A stretch of DNA of 64,000 bases from assembly GCA_034520965.1 (NCBI GenBank), contig JAXHMY010000003.1, positions 320,001-384,000 on the forward strand. The letters are read 5' to 3'. Position numbers and translations under genes: made by a program. This document shows, piece after piece, positions 33,434-44,820 of this stretch; position 1 is the stretch's first letter, and each line of letters starts with the position of its first letter. The DNA is from Spirochaetia bacterium. GTDB lineage: Bacteria > Spirochaetota > Spirochaetia > DSM-16054 > Sediminispirochaetaceae. The notes below the pieces were generated by a model. It made no database searches, was not told the DNA's origin, and saw only the letters and a program-made list of their open reading frames with translations.

Positions 33434-34051
33434 ATGAATGAACAGAGTAACACGCTTGTCCCCATCGTTGTTGAACAAACAGGTGCTGGAGAGCGTTCGT
33501 ACGACATTTACTCGCGTCTATTAAAAGATAGAATTGTCTTTATTGACGGAGAGATCATGGATCTAACCGCCGACTTAGTAGTAGCGCAGCTGCTTTTTCT
33601 CGAGTCCATCGATCCGGAACGTGATATAAGTATATATATCAACTCACCAGGCGGCAGTGTGACCGCCGGTCTGGCAATTTATGATACTATTCAGTACATT
33701 AAACCCGATATTCAAACTATCTGTATGGGACAAGCCGCTTCCATGGGAGCCCTTCTTTTAGCAAGCGGCACCGCCGGAAAACGCTTTGCCCTGCCAAGCG
33801 CACGAATACTGGTGCACCAGCCGTGGGGCGGTGCTCAGGGACAGGCAGTCGACATCGGCATCAGGGCCAAAGAGATTATCCGCCTTAAACAGTTGATTAT
33901 TGAGTATTTTGCCCAGCATACCGGTAAACCCCAGGATACCATTGCAAGAGACACAGAACGAGACTATTACATGTCCGCCCAGGAATCGATGGACTACGGA
34001 ATTGTCGATAACGTGTTAGTGAGGGATAAGAATGTCAAAGAACAAAAATGA
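33434..34051 (+). CDS. clpP: ClpP protease proteolytic subunit
   Basis: [28 protein letters not shown]. Confidence 0.97.
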   Translation: MNEQSNTLVPIVVEQTGAGERSYDIYSRLLKDRIVFIDGEIMDLTADLVVAQLLFLESIDPERDISIYINSPGGSVTAGLAIYDTIQYIKPDIQTICMGQAASMGALLLASGTAGKRFALPSARILVHQPWGGAQGQAVDIGIRAKEIIRLKQLIIEYFAQHTGKPQDTIARDTERDYYMSAQESMDYGIVDNVLVRDKNVKEQK

Positions 34052-35273
34052 CGGAATGAAAGTATGTTCTTTCTGCGGAAAGAGCGCCGACCACGCCCGC
34101 CGTTTAATAGCCGGGCCGGGTGTGTATATTTGTGACGAATGTGTGCATGTGTGCAAGCGTATACTTGACGAGGAAGAACAAGTAGCCACCACCGAGTTTA
34201 TGGAAGACGTACCAACTCCCTTAGAGATAAAAGAGTATCTTGATGAGTACGTGATTGGGCAGGATCCTGCTAAAAGGGTACTTTCGGTGGCTGTGTACAA
34301 CCACTATAAGCGAATCGGACATAAGGAGCAGCTTGAAGACGGGGTTGAACTTGATAAGTCCAACGTACTTATCACCGGCCCTACGGGTACCGGAAAAACT
34401 CTGCTGGCAAAAACTCTAGCCCACAAGCTCAAAGTTCCCTTCGCCATTGCCGACGCAACTACCCTCACCGAGGCCGGTTATGTAGGTGAAGATGTCGAGA
34501 ACATCTTGCTCAAGCTGATCCAATCCGCCGGTAACAACATCGCTTCAGCGGAGCGCGGGATTATCTATATCGATGAAATCGATAAAATAGCCCGAAAATC
34601 GGAAAATGTCTCCATTACCCGGGATGTATCCGGCGAGGGAGTACAGCAGGCCCTGCTTAAAATCATCGAAGGCACCATTGCTTCGGTACCTCCCCAGGGC
34701 GGCCGCAAGCATCCTAACCAGGAGATGATAAAGGTGGATACCTCTAATATCCTTTTTATTGTCGGCGGAGCTTTTGTCGGCCTGGACCGTATTATCGAAG
34801 AGCGGACCAGTCAACACCCGATGGGTTTTGGTGCGGATATACGTGCCTCTAAAGAGAAAAATTTAGTAGAACTGTACAGCTACATGCATCCGGATGATCT
34901 TGTAAAATTCGGTTTGATTCCGGAGTTTATAGGACGACTGCCGATACACGTTACCCTAAACGAGCTGTCTAAAGAAGATCTCAAACGCATCATCACCGAA
35001 CCTAAAAACTCGGTAATTCGCCAATACCAAAGCTCCTTAAAAGTTGACGGTATTGAGCTGATTTTTGAAGATGATGCTATTGAAGCTATAGCTGAAAAGG
35101 CAATCGAACGCAGAACCGGAGCACGCGGTTTACGCTCTATCGTCGAGGGAATCATGATCGACATGATGTTTGAACTCCCCTCCATCGAAGGTGAGAAACA
35201 GGTAGTGGTAAAACGCAGTGTAATTGACGATTCCACAAAACCGGAGATTGTCTACAAAAAGAAATCTGCATGA
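34032..35273 (+). CDS. clpX: ClpX ATPase
   Basis: CSFCG zinc finger, [29 protein letters not shown]. Confidence 0.97.
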   Translation: MSKNKNDGMKVCSFCGKSADHARRLIAGPGVYICDECVHVCKRILDEEEQVATTEFMEDVPTPLEIKEYLDEYVIGQDPAKRVLSVAVYNHYKRIGHKEQLEDGVELDKSNVLITGPTGTGKTLLAKTLAHKLKVPFAIADATTLTEAGYVGEDVENILLKLIQSAGNNIASAERGIIYIDEIDKIARKSENVSITRDVSGEGVQQALLKIIEGTIASVPPQGGRKHPNQEMIKVDTSNILFIVGGAFVGLDRIIEERTSQHPMGFGADIRASKEKNLVELYSYMHPDDLVKFGLIPEFIGRLPIHVTLNELSKEDLKRIITEPKNSVIRQYQSSLKVDGIELIFEDDAIEAIAEKAIERRTGARGLRSIVEGIMIDMMFELPSIEGEKQVVVKRSVIDDSTKPEIVYKKKSA

Positions 35274-37657
35274 AATTACCTGCACTTCCAAAGAGCGCCA
35301 AACGAGAGCTCCCTCTAATACCTATGAGGGAGCTTGTTGTGTTCCCCCATATGGTGGTCCCCTTCTTCGCGGGAAATCCGGAATCGGTAAAGGCGATTGA
35401 AGAGAGCATGAACCACGATCGCCAGGTGTTTCTAGTCTGTCAGAAGGGCGAGTCGGAAAACCCCGGCCGCGATGATATGTACCAGGCCGGAACAATCAGT
35501 AAGGTCCTTCAGATGCTCAAACTTCCCGACGGCACTACCCGCGTGCTGGCCGAAGGCCGTCAGCGAGCGTGGATGAAAAAATACGACGACCGCGAAGGGT
35601 ACCGTAAGGCTACTGTTATACCCTTCGAAGAGAGCCGCGAGGCGGATGGAAGCTTGCAACCTCTCATCACAACCATCAAAAGCGCCTTTGAAAATTACAC
35701 CAAACTTCAAAAGAAAGTGCCCCAGGAAACCATAGACTCCATCAATAAGACCGAAAACCCCAATAAACTGGCCGATTTGATTTCCGCCAACTCCAGTCTA
35801 AAACCGGATAAGAAGGTCGAGATTTTAGGTATTGGCGATGTACGCAAACGACTGGAAACTTTAGCCGTTCACATAGAGGCGGAAAGTGAAGTCGTTTCTC
35901 TGCAAAACAAAATTAACGGCCGAGTCAAGAAGAAGATGGAGCAGAGCCAAAAAGAATACTATCTCAACGAGCAGCTCCGCCAGATCAATAAAGAGCTCGG
36001 TAAAGATGAAGAGGATACCAGCGGCTCTAATGAGCTCATTGAACGGATAAAGGCCAAAAATCCGCCCCAAGAAGCCCTTGAAAAAGCAGAAAAAGAGGCT
36101 AAGCGCCTCTCGCGTCTGCAGCCTATGTCACCCGAATCGGGAGTGCTGCGTACCTATCTTGAATGGCTGGCCGACCTTCCATGGAGCAACAAGAGCGAGG
36201 ATAATCGTGACATAAACCGAGCCGAGGAAATTCTCAACGAAGACCATTACGATATGCAGAAGCCCAAAGAGCGGGTGTTGGATTTTCTCGCGGTCAGACA
36301 GCTGCAGGATAAGGCCAAGGGGCCGATCCTCTGTTTTGTAGGCCCCCCGGGAACCGGTAAAACGAGTCTCGGCCGTTCAGTTGCCCGGGCAATCAGCCGG
36401 GAGTTCATACGGGTCTCCCTGGGCGGCGTTCGCGACGAAGCTGAAATCCGCGGTCACCGCAAAACCTATGTAGGTGCATTGCCCGGCAAGATAATCCAGT
36501 CGCTCCGGAAGGCCGGAACGATCAATCCGGTTTTTCTGCTTGATGAAATAGACAAACTGAGCAATGACTTTCGCGGCGACCCGGCCTCAGCCCTGTTGGA
36601 GGTACTCGACCCCGAGCAAAACTCCACCTTCATGGACCACTATCTGGAAGTCGCCTATGACCTGTCCCATATAATGTTTATCACTACGGCCAATTCGGTC
36701 CACTCTATTCCACCGGCCCTTCGCGACCGAACCGAGATAATAGAAATACCCGGCTATACCGACCTCGAGAAAGAACAAATAGCCCGACAGTTTATTATCC
36801 CAAAACAGCTCCGTGAAAACGGACTCGCCTGGGCGGACGTTCAATTCCAAAAACCGGCCATTCTAGCGGTAATACGCAGCTATACCATGGAATCGGGTGT
36901 ACGAAACCTGGAGCGGCAAATTGCGGCCATCATCCGTAAAATTGCCCGGGAGGCGGTAAAAGAGGGGTATCTTCCCACTGAAGAAAACCCTGAGCCGGAG
37001 TTTAAGGTAGTGGTGGCTGAAAAAAGCCTCAAAAAATATCTCGGACCGGCACCCTTTGAGCAAGACCTGGTATACAGAGCACCCTCTCCGGGAATGGCCC
37101 ACGGATTGGCCTGGACCGAGATGGGAGGGAAAATGCTCCCGGTGGAAGTCTCTCTTCTGCCCGGCGAGGGCAAGCTTATTCTTACCGGCAGTCTTGGGGA
37201 CGTAATGAAAGAGAGTGCCCAGCTTGCCCTAAGCTTTATCCGCTCCCATACCGACCAATTTAACCTTGCTGAAGATTTTCAGAAGGACACCGATATCCAC
37301 ATCCATGTACCCCAAGGGGCCATACCAAAGGACGGCCCCTCCGCCGGAATCACTCTAACCGCAGCCATGGTCTCGGCTTTGACCACTCGTTCGATTCGTC
37401 CCTGTACCGCCATGACCGGCGAGATAACATTGACAGGACGGATTCTACCCATTGGAGGGGTAAAAGAGAAGGTACTGGCCGCCTATCGAAACCAGCTTGA
37501 GGCGGTACTGATGCCGGAAGAAAACCGAAAGGATACCGAGGAGCTGCCGAAGGAGGTGAAAGCACAGATAGAATTTCACTTCGCCTCTACAGTAGAGGAG
37601 GCACTTGAATTTCTGTTTTCACAATCGGATAGTAGGAATAGCGAAAACAGGCAATAG
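35270..37657 (+). CDS. lon: Lon protease
   Basis: LON N-domain, [26 protein letters not shown]. Confidence 0.97.
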   Translation: MKLPALPKSAKRELPLIPMRELVVFPHMVVPFFAGNPESVKAIEESMNHDRQVFLVCQKGESENPGRDDMYQAGTISKVLQMLKLPDGTTRVLAEGRQRAWMKKYDDREGYRKATVIPFEESREADGSLQPLITTIKSAFENYTKLQKKVPQETIDSINKTENPNKLADLISANSSLKPDKKVEILGIGDVRKRLETLAVHIEAESEVVSLQNKINGRVKKKMEQSQKEYYLNEQLRQINKELGKDEEDTSGSNELIERIKAKNPPQEALEKAEKEAKRLSRLQPMSPESGVLRTYLEWLADLPWSNKSEDNRDINRAEEILNEDHYDMQKPKERVLDFLAVRQLQDKAKGPILCFVGPPGTGKTSLGRSVARAISREFIRVSLGGVRDEAEIRGHRKTYVGALPGKIIQSLRKAGTINPVFLLDEIDKLSNDFRGDPASALLEVLDPEQNSTFMDHYLEVAYDLSHIMFITTANSVHSIPPALRDRTEIIEIPGYTDLEKEQIARQFIIPKQLRENGLAWADVQFQKPAILAVIRSYTMESGVRNLERQIAAIIRKIAREAVKEGYLPTEENPEPEFKVVVAEKSLKKYLGPAPFEQDLVYRAPSPGMAHGLAWTEMGGKMLPVEVSLLPGEGKLILTGSLGDVMKESAQLALSFIRSHTDQFNLAEDFQKDTDIHIHVPQGAIPKDGPSAGITLTAAMVSALTTRSIRPCTAMTGEITLTGRILPIGGVKEKVLAAYRNQLEAVLMPEENRKDTEELPKEVKAQIEFHFASTVEEALEFLFSQSDSRNSENRQ

Positions 37658-37758
37658 AGCAGCACTACGCGGCATGTGAAACTAATTCTAAAAATTACTT
37701 GATTTGGCATACCACTACCGCTATAATTGAACTGAGATTGGAACAGAAGGAGGCTCTT

Positions 37759-38172
37759 TTGAAACGAAGGGTAATTTTACTAACACTACTTATTCTTATA
37801 CTGCTAGGCGGCTTTGCATATGCCGAACAATCCAACTATTACGTAAAGTCTGTTCCTATCGCCAAGGTATACATGCACAGTCTTGGATACAGAATTGTAT
37901 ATCAAAAAAGCGATCTTAACTTCGGTGTGTTTTACGTACCTGAGCAATGGTTTGATATGCCGGCGGACAGAGAACAGGACCCAAAGGCTGAGCTTATCAT
38001 GGCGCGTAATCAGGCCTATCCTTACTTCTCTATCTTCTGGGAGGCAGGCGAGTTCAGTCATATAAGGCTGTATCTGCACAAAAATTTAAGCCATTTATCT
38101 TATGGCGATTTAGAAAACCCGGAAAACTTCGACGACCAGTTTAATATCGAAACCCTGTCGATAGAGTTCTAA
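37759..38172 (+). CDS. Hypothetical exported protein
   Basis: TTG start after AGGAGG gives a signal-peptide-like N-terminus (KRRVILLTLLILILLGGFAYA). Confidence 0.65.
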   Translation: MKRRVILLTLLILILLGGFAYAEQSNYYVKSVPIAKVYMHSLGYRIVYQKSDLNFGVFYVPEQWFDMPADREQDPKAELIMARNQAYPYFSIFWEAGEFSHIRLYLHKNLSHLSYGDLENPENFDDQFNIETLSIEF

Positions 38173-38243
38173 GACCGACACAGCATCAGAGTCCCAACAT
38201 CCTCAAGTTGCACTGCCCCTTTGGGGCGGAATAAGAGAAAATT

Positions 38244-39227
38244 ATGACCACAATACCACAGCATATTTTAGACGCCCTCGAAGGGTGGAACGAATATATC
38301 CTCATTGGCCACCGTGAACCCGATGGGGATTGCACCAGTTCGGGGCTCGCCCTCAGTAGGTTTTTAGAACGCAGGGGAAAAAGCTGCCATTTAGTTTCGC
38401 CCGGCCCGTTCCAGCGCCCGGAACTTGAAACTTTAAGCCCCCACTTCGCCGCCCATGTGCCGAAAGATATTAATCGGGAGAACACCGCGGTAATCATTTT
38501 AGATTGTTCAACCCTAGAAAGAATCGATTATCTGGCTGAAGAAATTGAAGGGCTTCCGGTAATAGTTATCGACCACCACTCCTCGGGTAATTCCTTTGGC
38601 GACCATCGCTTCATCGACGATACCGCGCCCTCGGTTACCTTCATGATACTCCATATCATTGAAGCCGCAGGCTTCAAACCGACCGAAGAAGAGGCCCAGA
38701 CTCTCCTATTCGGCTTAGCTACAGACACCGGATTTTTCCGGCACCTCGGAGCCCATACCCCCGAAACCTTCGAGGCGGTTGCACGGCTGACCGCCGCCGG
38801 TGCAAATCCAAACCAGATTCATCGCCAAATGTATGGAGGCCGCCCCTTGGCTTCAAAACAGCTGCTGGGCCTATTGATGCACAGAGCCCGTGCATATGCC
38901 GATGGCAAAGTCCTAATAAGCTATGAAACCCTTGAAGAACAACAGCAGTTCGGAATTGAAAACCGTGATTCCGACAGCTTGTACCAGCAACTGCAGAGTA
39001 TCGAGGGCTGTGAAGCAGTCGCTTTGATCCGCGAAGAGAAACCTGGGGAATGTTCCATCGGATTACGCTCTAACTTTTTTGTCGATGTAGGTAAAATCGC
39101 CCTCGAGCTTGGCGGCGGCGGCCACGCCCGCGCAGCCGGACTTAGCTGGCAGGGAAGCCGCCAGAGCGCCCAAGAACATATACGAAACGCCCTTGAAGCA
39201 GCTGTACATGCTGTTACTAATGAATAA
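38244..39227 (+). CDS. nrnA: DHH-family nanoRNase/pAp phosphatase
   Basis: HREPDGDC, IDHH, TDTGFF, GGGGHARAAG. Confidence 0.88.
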   Translation: MTTIPQHILDALEGWNEYILIGHREPDGDCTSSGLALSRFLERRGKSCHLVSPGPFQRPELETLSPHFAAHVPKDINRENTAVIILDCSTLERIDYLAEEIEGLPVIVIDHHSSGNSFGDHRFIDDTAPSVTFMILHIIEAAGFKPTEEEAQTLLFGLATDTGFFRHLGAHTPETFEAVARLTAAGANPNQIHRQMYGGRPLASKQLLGLLMHRARAYADGKVLISYETLEEQQQFGIENRDSDSLYQQLQSIEGCEAVALIREEKPGECSIGLRSNFFVDVGKIALELGGGGHARAAGLSWQGSRQSAQEHIRNALEAAVHAVTNE

Positions 39228-39401
39228 AACCACCGTACTTCTGCACGATTTTTATTAATTCTTATTTTTTTAAGCCTCTTCAAAAGTGGTAGCTCCCAAT
39301 ATAATTATATTTACTTTAGTTACATCGGCAATTGAATTGTAAATAAATGTAAATTCGCCCTTTTAGAACCTCCATTTGATCGCCTTTACCCTAGCCCAGT
39401 T

Positions 39402-39417
39402 TGGCACAGAATTTGCA
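39402..39417 (+). promoter_or_regulatory. Sigma54 (-24/-12) promoter
   Basis: TGGCAC-AGAAT-TTGCA, exact GG-N10-GC spacing, ~40 nt before the start of the next gene. Confidence 0.7.
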
Positions 39418-39455
39418 ACCACATACTCCCACGTCATTACATATAACAAGGAGGG

Positions 39456-40301
39456 GTGAGTATGTATGCATCACAACTTACTGCACTAGTTATGGAGGGG
39501 CAGCGCGACCCCTCACAAATTCAAAAGGCGGAATGGGCGGTTGCCTGCTGGATATATAAGGAGCTGAACAGGAAGTTTCAACTTGATCCGGATGAGGCGG
39601 GAAACTTTTTTTGTGACTTTTATCCAAAAATCCGTAAACTTATTCTGCAGTTTGAGAATCGCGGATATCCCTTCGAGGCCTATCTGTATACTACTTTGCG
39701 GTGGCAGGTGTTAAGCTATAAAAAGAAGCTAGGCCGCGAGCGACTTCAACGTCAACTCTTCACCTTCGAACCCTTTTGGGATGTTCATCAGGAGGAACCG
39801 CTTTATTCGGAATACTCTCCCTCGTACCTACCGAAGGAACCGCATAACTCTTTCACTACCTTCCGTAAGCGCCTCATCTACGTTGCCCTTCGGGAATCGG
39901 AATATCTCGATCACAGCCTGATCGAGGCAATCGTCCAGTATACACACATCGATCGACGGTGGTTTTTAAACTGCGTCATGGCTTTGCGCCGTAAAGTCGA
40001 AGACCGCAAGCAGCGCCTGGAGAGGGCTCGACTATACCACAACACCTGTTTTTACCGTTACTACATCATTCAGCTGCAGATTCAAAACTGTAACTCTCCG
40101 GCTCAAGTCCGGCTCTACCATCGCGAGCTTCTAAAGGTGCGCCGCCGTTTACGCAGGGTCTCACTGCAGTTGCAGAAAATACATGTCCACCCCACCAATC
40201 GAGAAATAGCGGAGGTACTCAACATCCCAAAGGGATCGATAGATTCAGGAATCTATTATGTGCTTGAAAGGGACAGCCATGAACAGCAATCGGCCGCCTA
40301 A
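39456..40301 (+). CDS. Hypothetical sigma70/ECF-like protein
   Basis: Region-2-like DEAGNFF..F....FEAYLYTTLRW and region-4-like HTH TNREIAEVLNIPKGSIDSG; AGGAGG RBS. Confidence 0.6.
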   Translation: MSMYASQLTALVMEGQRDPSQIQKAEWAVACWIYKELNRKFQLDPDEAGNFFCDFYPKIRKLILQFENRGYPFEAYLYTTLRWQVLSYKKKLGRERLQRQLFTFEPFWDVHQEEPLYSEYSPSYLPKEPHNSFTTFRKRLIYVALRESEYLDHSLIEAIVQYTHIDRRWFLNCVMALRRKVEDRKQRLERARLYHNTCFYRYYIIQLQIQNCNSPAQVRLYHRELLKVRRRLRRVSLQLQKIHVHPTNREIAEVLNIPKGSIDSGIYYVLERDSHEQQSAA

Positions 40302-40323
40302 ATTTAAAAGGTGGACGGCAGCG

Positions 40324-40363
40324 ATTCTGAATTTGGAAGTCTTTTGACTTCCAAATTCAGAAT
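40324..40363. repeat. REP-like palindrome, copy 2
   Basis: Perfect ATTCTGAATTTGGAAGTC-TTTT-GACTTCCAAATTCAGAAT. Confidence 0.8.
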
Positions 40364-40411
40364 TCGCATCAGTTTCTTTGCAAAATTTTATATATCTCAA
40401 CCTTTGGAGGT

Positions 40412-40454
40412 ATTCTCAGTTTGGATAGTGCAATGCACTATCCAAACTGAGAAT
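40412..40454. repeat. Related palindrome with a different core
   Basis: Perfect ATTCTCAGTTTGGATAGTGCA-A-TGCACTATCCAAACTGAGAAT; outer arms resemble copies 1 and 2. Confidence 0.75.
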
Positions 40455-40496
40455 TTCTGTGTGGACGCAGGCCAGGCTTTTCATTATGCTGTCGGT

Positions 40497-41099
40497 ATGG
40501 AAATTTTGGTAGCAACGGAAAACACACATAAGTTAAAAGAGCTGTCCGCAATTTTTGCCGGCCACACTCTTCTCACCCCCCACGAGAGGGACATTGATTA
40601 CTACTTTGAAGAGACCGGCGAGACCTTTCTGGCCAACGCCCAGGGTAAAGCCCTGGCCCTTTTCGAGAAAGTCCGTTTGGAACAGGCCCTCACACCGGTT
40701 ATCGCCGACGATTCAGGCCTGGTAGTGCCCGCCCTCGGCGGAGAACCGGGGGTTTACAGCGCCCGCTACGGCTCGCCTGCAGGCGGCCCGAATTTAGATA
40801 CCCCGGATCGCAACCGCTACCTGCTCGACAAAATGGAGGGGCTTACCGACCGTCGCTCCTTCTTTGTCTGCTGCATGGTACTTGTGCTCACCCCGGAGCG
40901 TTTCTTCGTGGCCCAGGAAACCCTGCCCGGGAGTATCATCAGCGAGCCTCGTGGAAACCACGGCTTTGGCTACGACCCGCTGTTCTATCTCAACGAATAC
41001 GGACAAACCGTCGCCGAACTCCCGGAAGCGGAAAAAAATAAAATCAGCCACCGCGGCCGGGCAGGTATACGCCTCCGCGCCGTACTGGACTCACTCTAA
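40497..41099 (+). CDS. rdgB: Non-canonical purine NTP pyrophosphatase
   Basis: ATEN.HK, EETG.TF..NA..KA, DDSGL, PGVYSARY, GFGYDP, KNKISHR; start moved to ATG 40497. Confidence 0.93.
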   Translation: MEILVATENTHKLKELSAIFAGHTLLTPHERDIDYYFEETGETFLANAQGKALALFEKVRLEQALTPVIADDSGLVVPALGGEPGVYSARYGSPAGGPNLDTPDRNRYLLDKMEGLTDRRSFFVCCMVLVLTPERFFVAQETLPGSIISEPRGNHGFGYDPLFYLNEYGQTVAELPEAEKNKISHRGRAGIRLRAVLDSL

Positions 41100-41109
41100 T
41101 AACAAGGTC

Positions 41110-41167
41110 AAAAACAACGCCGAAAACAATTAAAGGATAAAAACAACGCCGAAAACAATTAAAGGAT
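41110..41167 (+). repeat. 29-bp perfect tandem duplication including the pepF RBS
   Basis: AAAAACAACGCCGAAAACAATTAAAGGAT x2. Confidence 0.85.
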
Positions 41168-41173
41168 AAAAAC

Positions 41174-42990
41174 ATGCCGGAAAAACAGTCGGAAAACCCC
41201 AATCGCATCCCCGAGCGCCACGAAGTCCCCGACGAATACAAGTGGGACCTCTCCAAACTCTACCCCTCAAACAAGGAGTGGGAGCAGGGCCTCAAGGACC
41301 TAGAGCAGCGAATCGAAGGGGTGCAGCAGTTCCAGGGCAGCCTCGACCGCTCGGTGGCCCAGATCAAGCAGTGCCTCGAATACTTCAACGACACCGAAAT
41401 GCTGGAAGAGCGGCTGGGCTACTATGCCCACCTGCGAACCACCGAGGACGTGGGCAGCAGCGCCCACCAGGAGCGCTTCGCCCGCTACATGCAGGTAGCC
41501 ACCCGGCTCTCCGCGGCCACCAGCTATTTCACCCCAGAAATCCAGTCCATTCCCGAACAGACCATGCAGCAGTACCTGGCCGCCCCGGAGCTGGAAGACT
41601 ATAAAATCATGTTGGAAAAACTCCTGCGCTTCAAGGACCACGTGCTCTCCCAGAAAGAGGAAAAACTGCTGGCCCTGCAGGCCGAAGCACGTCAGACCCC
41701 GGAAAAGGCCTTCTCCGCCCTGACAAACGTGGATTTCGACTTTGGCCACATCGACACCCCCGATGGCCCCAAACCCCTCAGTCAGTCGACCTTCAGCTCC
41801 TTTATGATCAACCCCTCCCGCCAGGTGCGCCAGTCCGCCTACGAGCGGCTCTACCAAGTTTACGGCGACCATGTAAACAGCTTAGCCGCTCTGTATGACG
41901 GCAGCGTGCAGGACGATATCTACCGCTCCCGGGTGCGCGGCTACGACTCGGCCCGGCAGATGGCCCTTTTCCCGGACAAAGTTCCCGAGAGCGTTTACGA
42001 CAACCTTATCTCCGTGGTCCACGAAAACCTGCCCAGCCTGCACCGCTACTACGAGCTGCGCCGCAAGGCCCTGGGGCTTGAAAAACTGGCCCACTACGAC
42101 GTCTACGTGCCCATCGTGGGCGAGGTACAAACCAACTACCCCTACGAGCAGGCCGTGGACACCGTCACCGAGGCTCTGCATCCCCTGGGCGAGGAGTACC
42201 AAAACACCCTCAGACAGGGGCTCCTGGGCGGCTGGGTCGACCGCTACGAAAACCGGGGCAAGCGCTCCGGAGCCTTTTCCGCCGGCAGCTACGTAGGCGA
42301 CCCCTACATTCTGCTCAATTACCAGCCCACGGTCCTGCGCGACGTGTTTACCCTGGCCCACGAAGGGGGCCACTCCATGCACTCCTACTACAGCGCCCGC
42401 AACAACCCCTTCGCCCACTACAACTACACCATCTTCGAGGCGGAGGTCGCCTCTACCTTCAACGAGCAGCTCCTGGCCGAGCACCTGCTGGCCCATGCGG
42501 ACAATCCCAAAATGCAGGCCTACATCACCAACAAGCTGGTCGACGACTTTGTGGCCACCATTTCCGGCAGACCATGTTCGCCGAGTTCGAACACAGCGCC
42601 CACCACATGGTAGAGACCGGCCGCCCCCTCACCGTCGACTCCCTCCGCGCCGCCTACCGCGAACTGCTCCGCCGCTACTTCGGCCCCAAAGTCGACCTGC
42701 CCGAAGCCGCCGACATCGAATGCCTGCGCATCCCCCACTTCTACCGGGCCTACTACGTGTACAAATACGCCACCGGCCTCTCCGCCGCCGTTACCCTGGC
42801 CGCCCGTGTCCAAACCGGCGGCCCCCAGGAACGCCGCGACTACCTCGCCTTCCTCAAATCCGGCGGCAGCCGCTACCCCCTGGAATCGCTCCAGCTGGCC
42901 GGGGTCGACATGAGCTCCCCCGAGCCCATTCGCAGCGCCATGGAAAACTTCAACCGCCGCCTCCACCAGCTCGAGCAGCTTATTCTTTAA
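41174..42990 (+). CDS. pepF: Oligoendopeptidase F (M3B); split by a -1 indel near 42562
   Basis: KWDL, GKRSGAFS, HEGGHSMH, AEVAS, FAEFE, IPHFY, YVYKYATG. Confidence 0.93.
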
Positions 42991-43070
42991 TAAGCCCCGC
43001 CACCAGGCTCTTATTCTAGGAAATCTGCAGAGGGTCAGGGGCCGCCCCCAACCCGTCAGTCCCTCCGGTC

Positions 43071-43096
43071 CCCGGGCACTTTTACAAGTGCCCGGG
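43071..43096. terminator. Hairpin between convergent pepF and the ketopantoate reductase gene
   Basis: CCCGGGCACTT-TTAC-AAGTGCCCGGG; no clear T-tail, so it may instead be a REP-like element. Confidence 0.45.
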
Positions 43097-43140
43097 AGCC
43101 GTGATCAGCCGCCGGCCCAGCGCCTCAGGCCGTAACAGCC

Positions 43141-44181
43141 TTATTCATCTTCTTGAAAGCCTCCCAGCAGCTGTTCAAGATGCTCGGCTTCCACTGTGCT
43201 GCCGGCCACCAGCTCCAAGAACTGACGCTCCAGCAGCTGCAGCTCCTCCCCAGCCCGCTCTGCAAACTTTTCAATACCGATTTTACTGGGGATAGTATCA
43301 AAACGGTTCTTGATCATATTCACACTAATAAAAATCGGCACCCAACGATACATCTCCAAAGTATCCGGCACGGGACGCAGACCGGTTTTTTTCACCGCCC
43401 CCATCCCTTCCCGAATCGCCTTTATCATCAACCGCAACAAATCCCTCCGTGCCGCCAATTGGTCCAGCGTCCCTCCGGCTAATTGCAGAGCCGCTATCAT
43501 CGGCAGTCGCACCAGAGCCTGGCTTAAAAAAACAGCCTCCATCACCCCCGCAGCATGCACGGGAATCCCGGAACCGCGTAACAGCTGATAGGCCGCCTCC
43601 CTGTTCTTAGGATGCGTCGGGTTCTCCGGATTTTCCGAGTTCTCCGGAGCCTTGCCGCGCAGCCGCCCAAGAGTAACTCCCCAGGGCTCGGTATCATCCT
43701 CTCCCCGCTCACAAAACTCCACCACAACTCCCGACTCATCCCGCTCGAGCACCACCGACATCCCGGGAAAACCGAACACCACCCGTTCCTCCCCCAGCTT
43801 CTTAGCCCACTCACTCATCCCTTTTACATAGCTGCCGACCATGAGCACAGGAGGCTCGACCTCCGAGGGGTCTGCAACTTTTTTAATAAGCGGCAGGGCC
43901 GCTTCTACCTGATGTGCCCGCAGCACCACAATCAGCAGATCCAAAGCCCCCACTGCCTCACGGCTCAAACCGGGCTCCTCCGTCCCGGCTCCCACATCCA
44001 GCACCGGCAGCTTTGCCCTCAGCACCTGACCGGTCAGCGCATCCTTCAGCCTCACCCCTTCCCGGGCAATCTGAGCCGCCCGTGTACCACGGTCGAGCAG
44101 CAGCACCTCGTGCCCCCCGGAATCCAATTTATAGCCAAAATAACTGCCCAGGGCCCCTGCCCCGATTATCCCAATACGCAT
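43141..44181 (-). CDS. Ketopantoate reductase family protein (divergent)
   Basis: MRIGIIGAGALGS Rossmann start, GHEV.LLDRG, FGFPG. Confidence 0.75.
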   Translation of the reverse strand: MRIGIIGAGALGSYFGYKLDSGGHEVLLLDRGTRAAQIAREGVRLKDALTGQVLRAKLPVLDVGAGTEEPGLSREAVGALDLLIVVLRAHQVEAALPLIKKVADPSEVEPPVLMVGSYVKGMSEWAKKLGEERVVFGFPGMSVVLERDESGVVVEFCERGEDDTEPWGVTLGRLRGKAPENSENPENPTHPKNREAAYQLLRGSGIPVHAAGVMEAVFLSQALVRLPMIAALQLAGGTLDQLAARRDLLRLMIKAIREGMGAVKKTGLRPVPDTLEMYRWVPIFISVNMIKNRFDTIPSKIGIEKFAERAGEELQLLERQFLELVAGSTVEAEHLEQLLGGFQEDE

Positions 44182-44193
44182 TCCCCTCTCCTT

Positions 44194-44820
44194 CTACCCA
44201 TCTAAATACTTCAAAATAATCCGCCACTCATCCAGCTTATCCTGCCAACGCTTATGGCGCCGGGTTGGAATCGGACTGGTGGAGGGAAGCCGCCGGAACT
44301 CCCGCTCTCTCAGCTCCGGCAGTTCCAAAAGCTCCGTCAGCTTCGACAGCTTCGATTTCTTAGAAAAATCCGCCGCATTCACCGCCTCGCTATACAATTC
44401 CTTCACTGCCCTATAAAAACCCTGCTCCGCTTTCCTCCCGTTAAACACCACCAGGCGGATACTCGGGTACTTTCGCAGCAGCCCCGGTACATCATTCGGT
44501 ATTGCCTCCCGAATCGACTGGTCCAGGCTCCCCTCTCTTCGACAACTATCAAATACATCCCACACCGCAATTCCGGCCTCACACAGCATCGCTGTGCGCC
44601 CCGCATAGCCCCCCGGCATCGGCCGGCCGAGCAGCTCACTCATAATCCTCCAAAAGTGGTTCTGCTGGTGCCCGTAATACTGTCCCAATTCTAAAGATTT
44701 CACACCCGGCATGCTCCCCAAAATAAGCACCCTCGGTTGTTCGCCGATAATCGGAGGAAAGCCGTAAATCATCTCTGCAGAATCTCCCTCAGCCGCCACT
44801 CTGTACCCCCCGCAGCTCAA
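44194..44820 (-). CDS. DNA-deoxyinosine glycosylase (UDG superfamily, HDG-type)
   Basis: LILGSMPG..SL..QYYGH..N.FW, GIAVWDV, FNG, LPSTSP; real start may be the ATG near 44772. Confidence 0.85.
   Translation of the reverse strand: MSCGGYRVAAEGDSAEMIYGFPPIIGEQPRVLILGSMPGVKSLELGQYYGHQQNHFWRIMSELLGRPMPGGYAGRTAMLCEAGIAVWDVFDSCRREGSLDQSIREAIPNDVPGLLRKYPSIRLVVFNGRKAEQGFYRAVKELYSEAVNAADFSKKSKLSKLTELLELPELREREFRRLPSTSPIPTRRHKRWQDKLDEWRIILKYLDG

Noticed and set aside
40311..40496. N-terminal extension of the rdgB ORF
   Set aside because: It runs through the palindromic repeats; RdgB homology starts at ATG 40497
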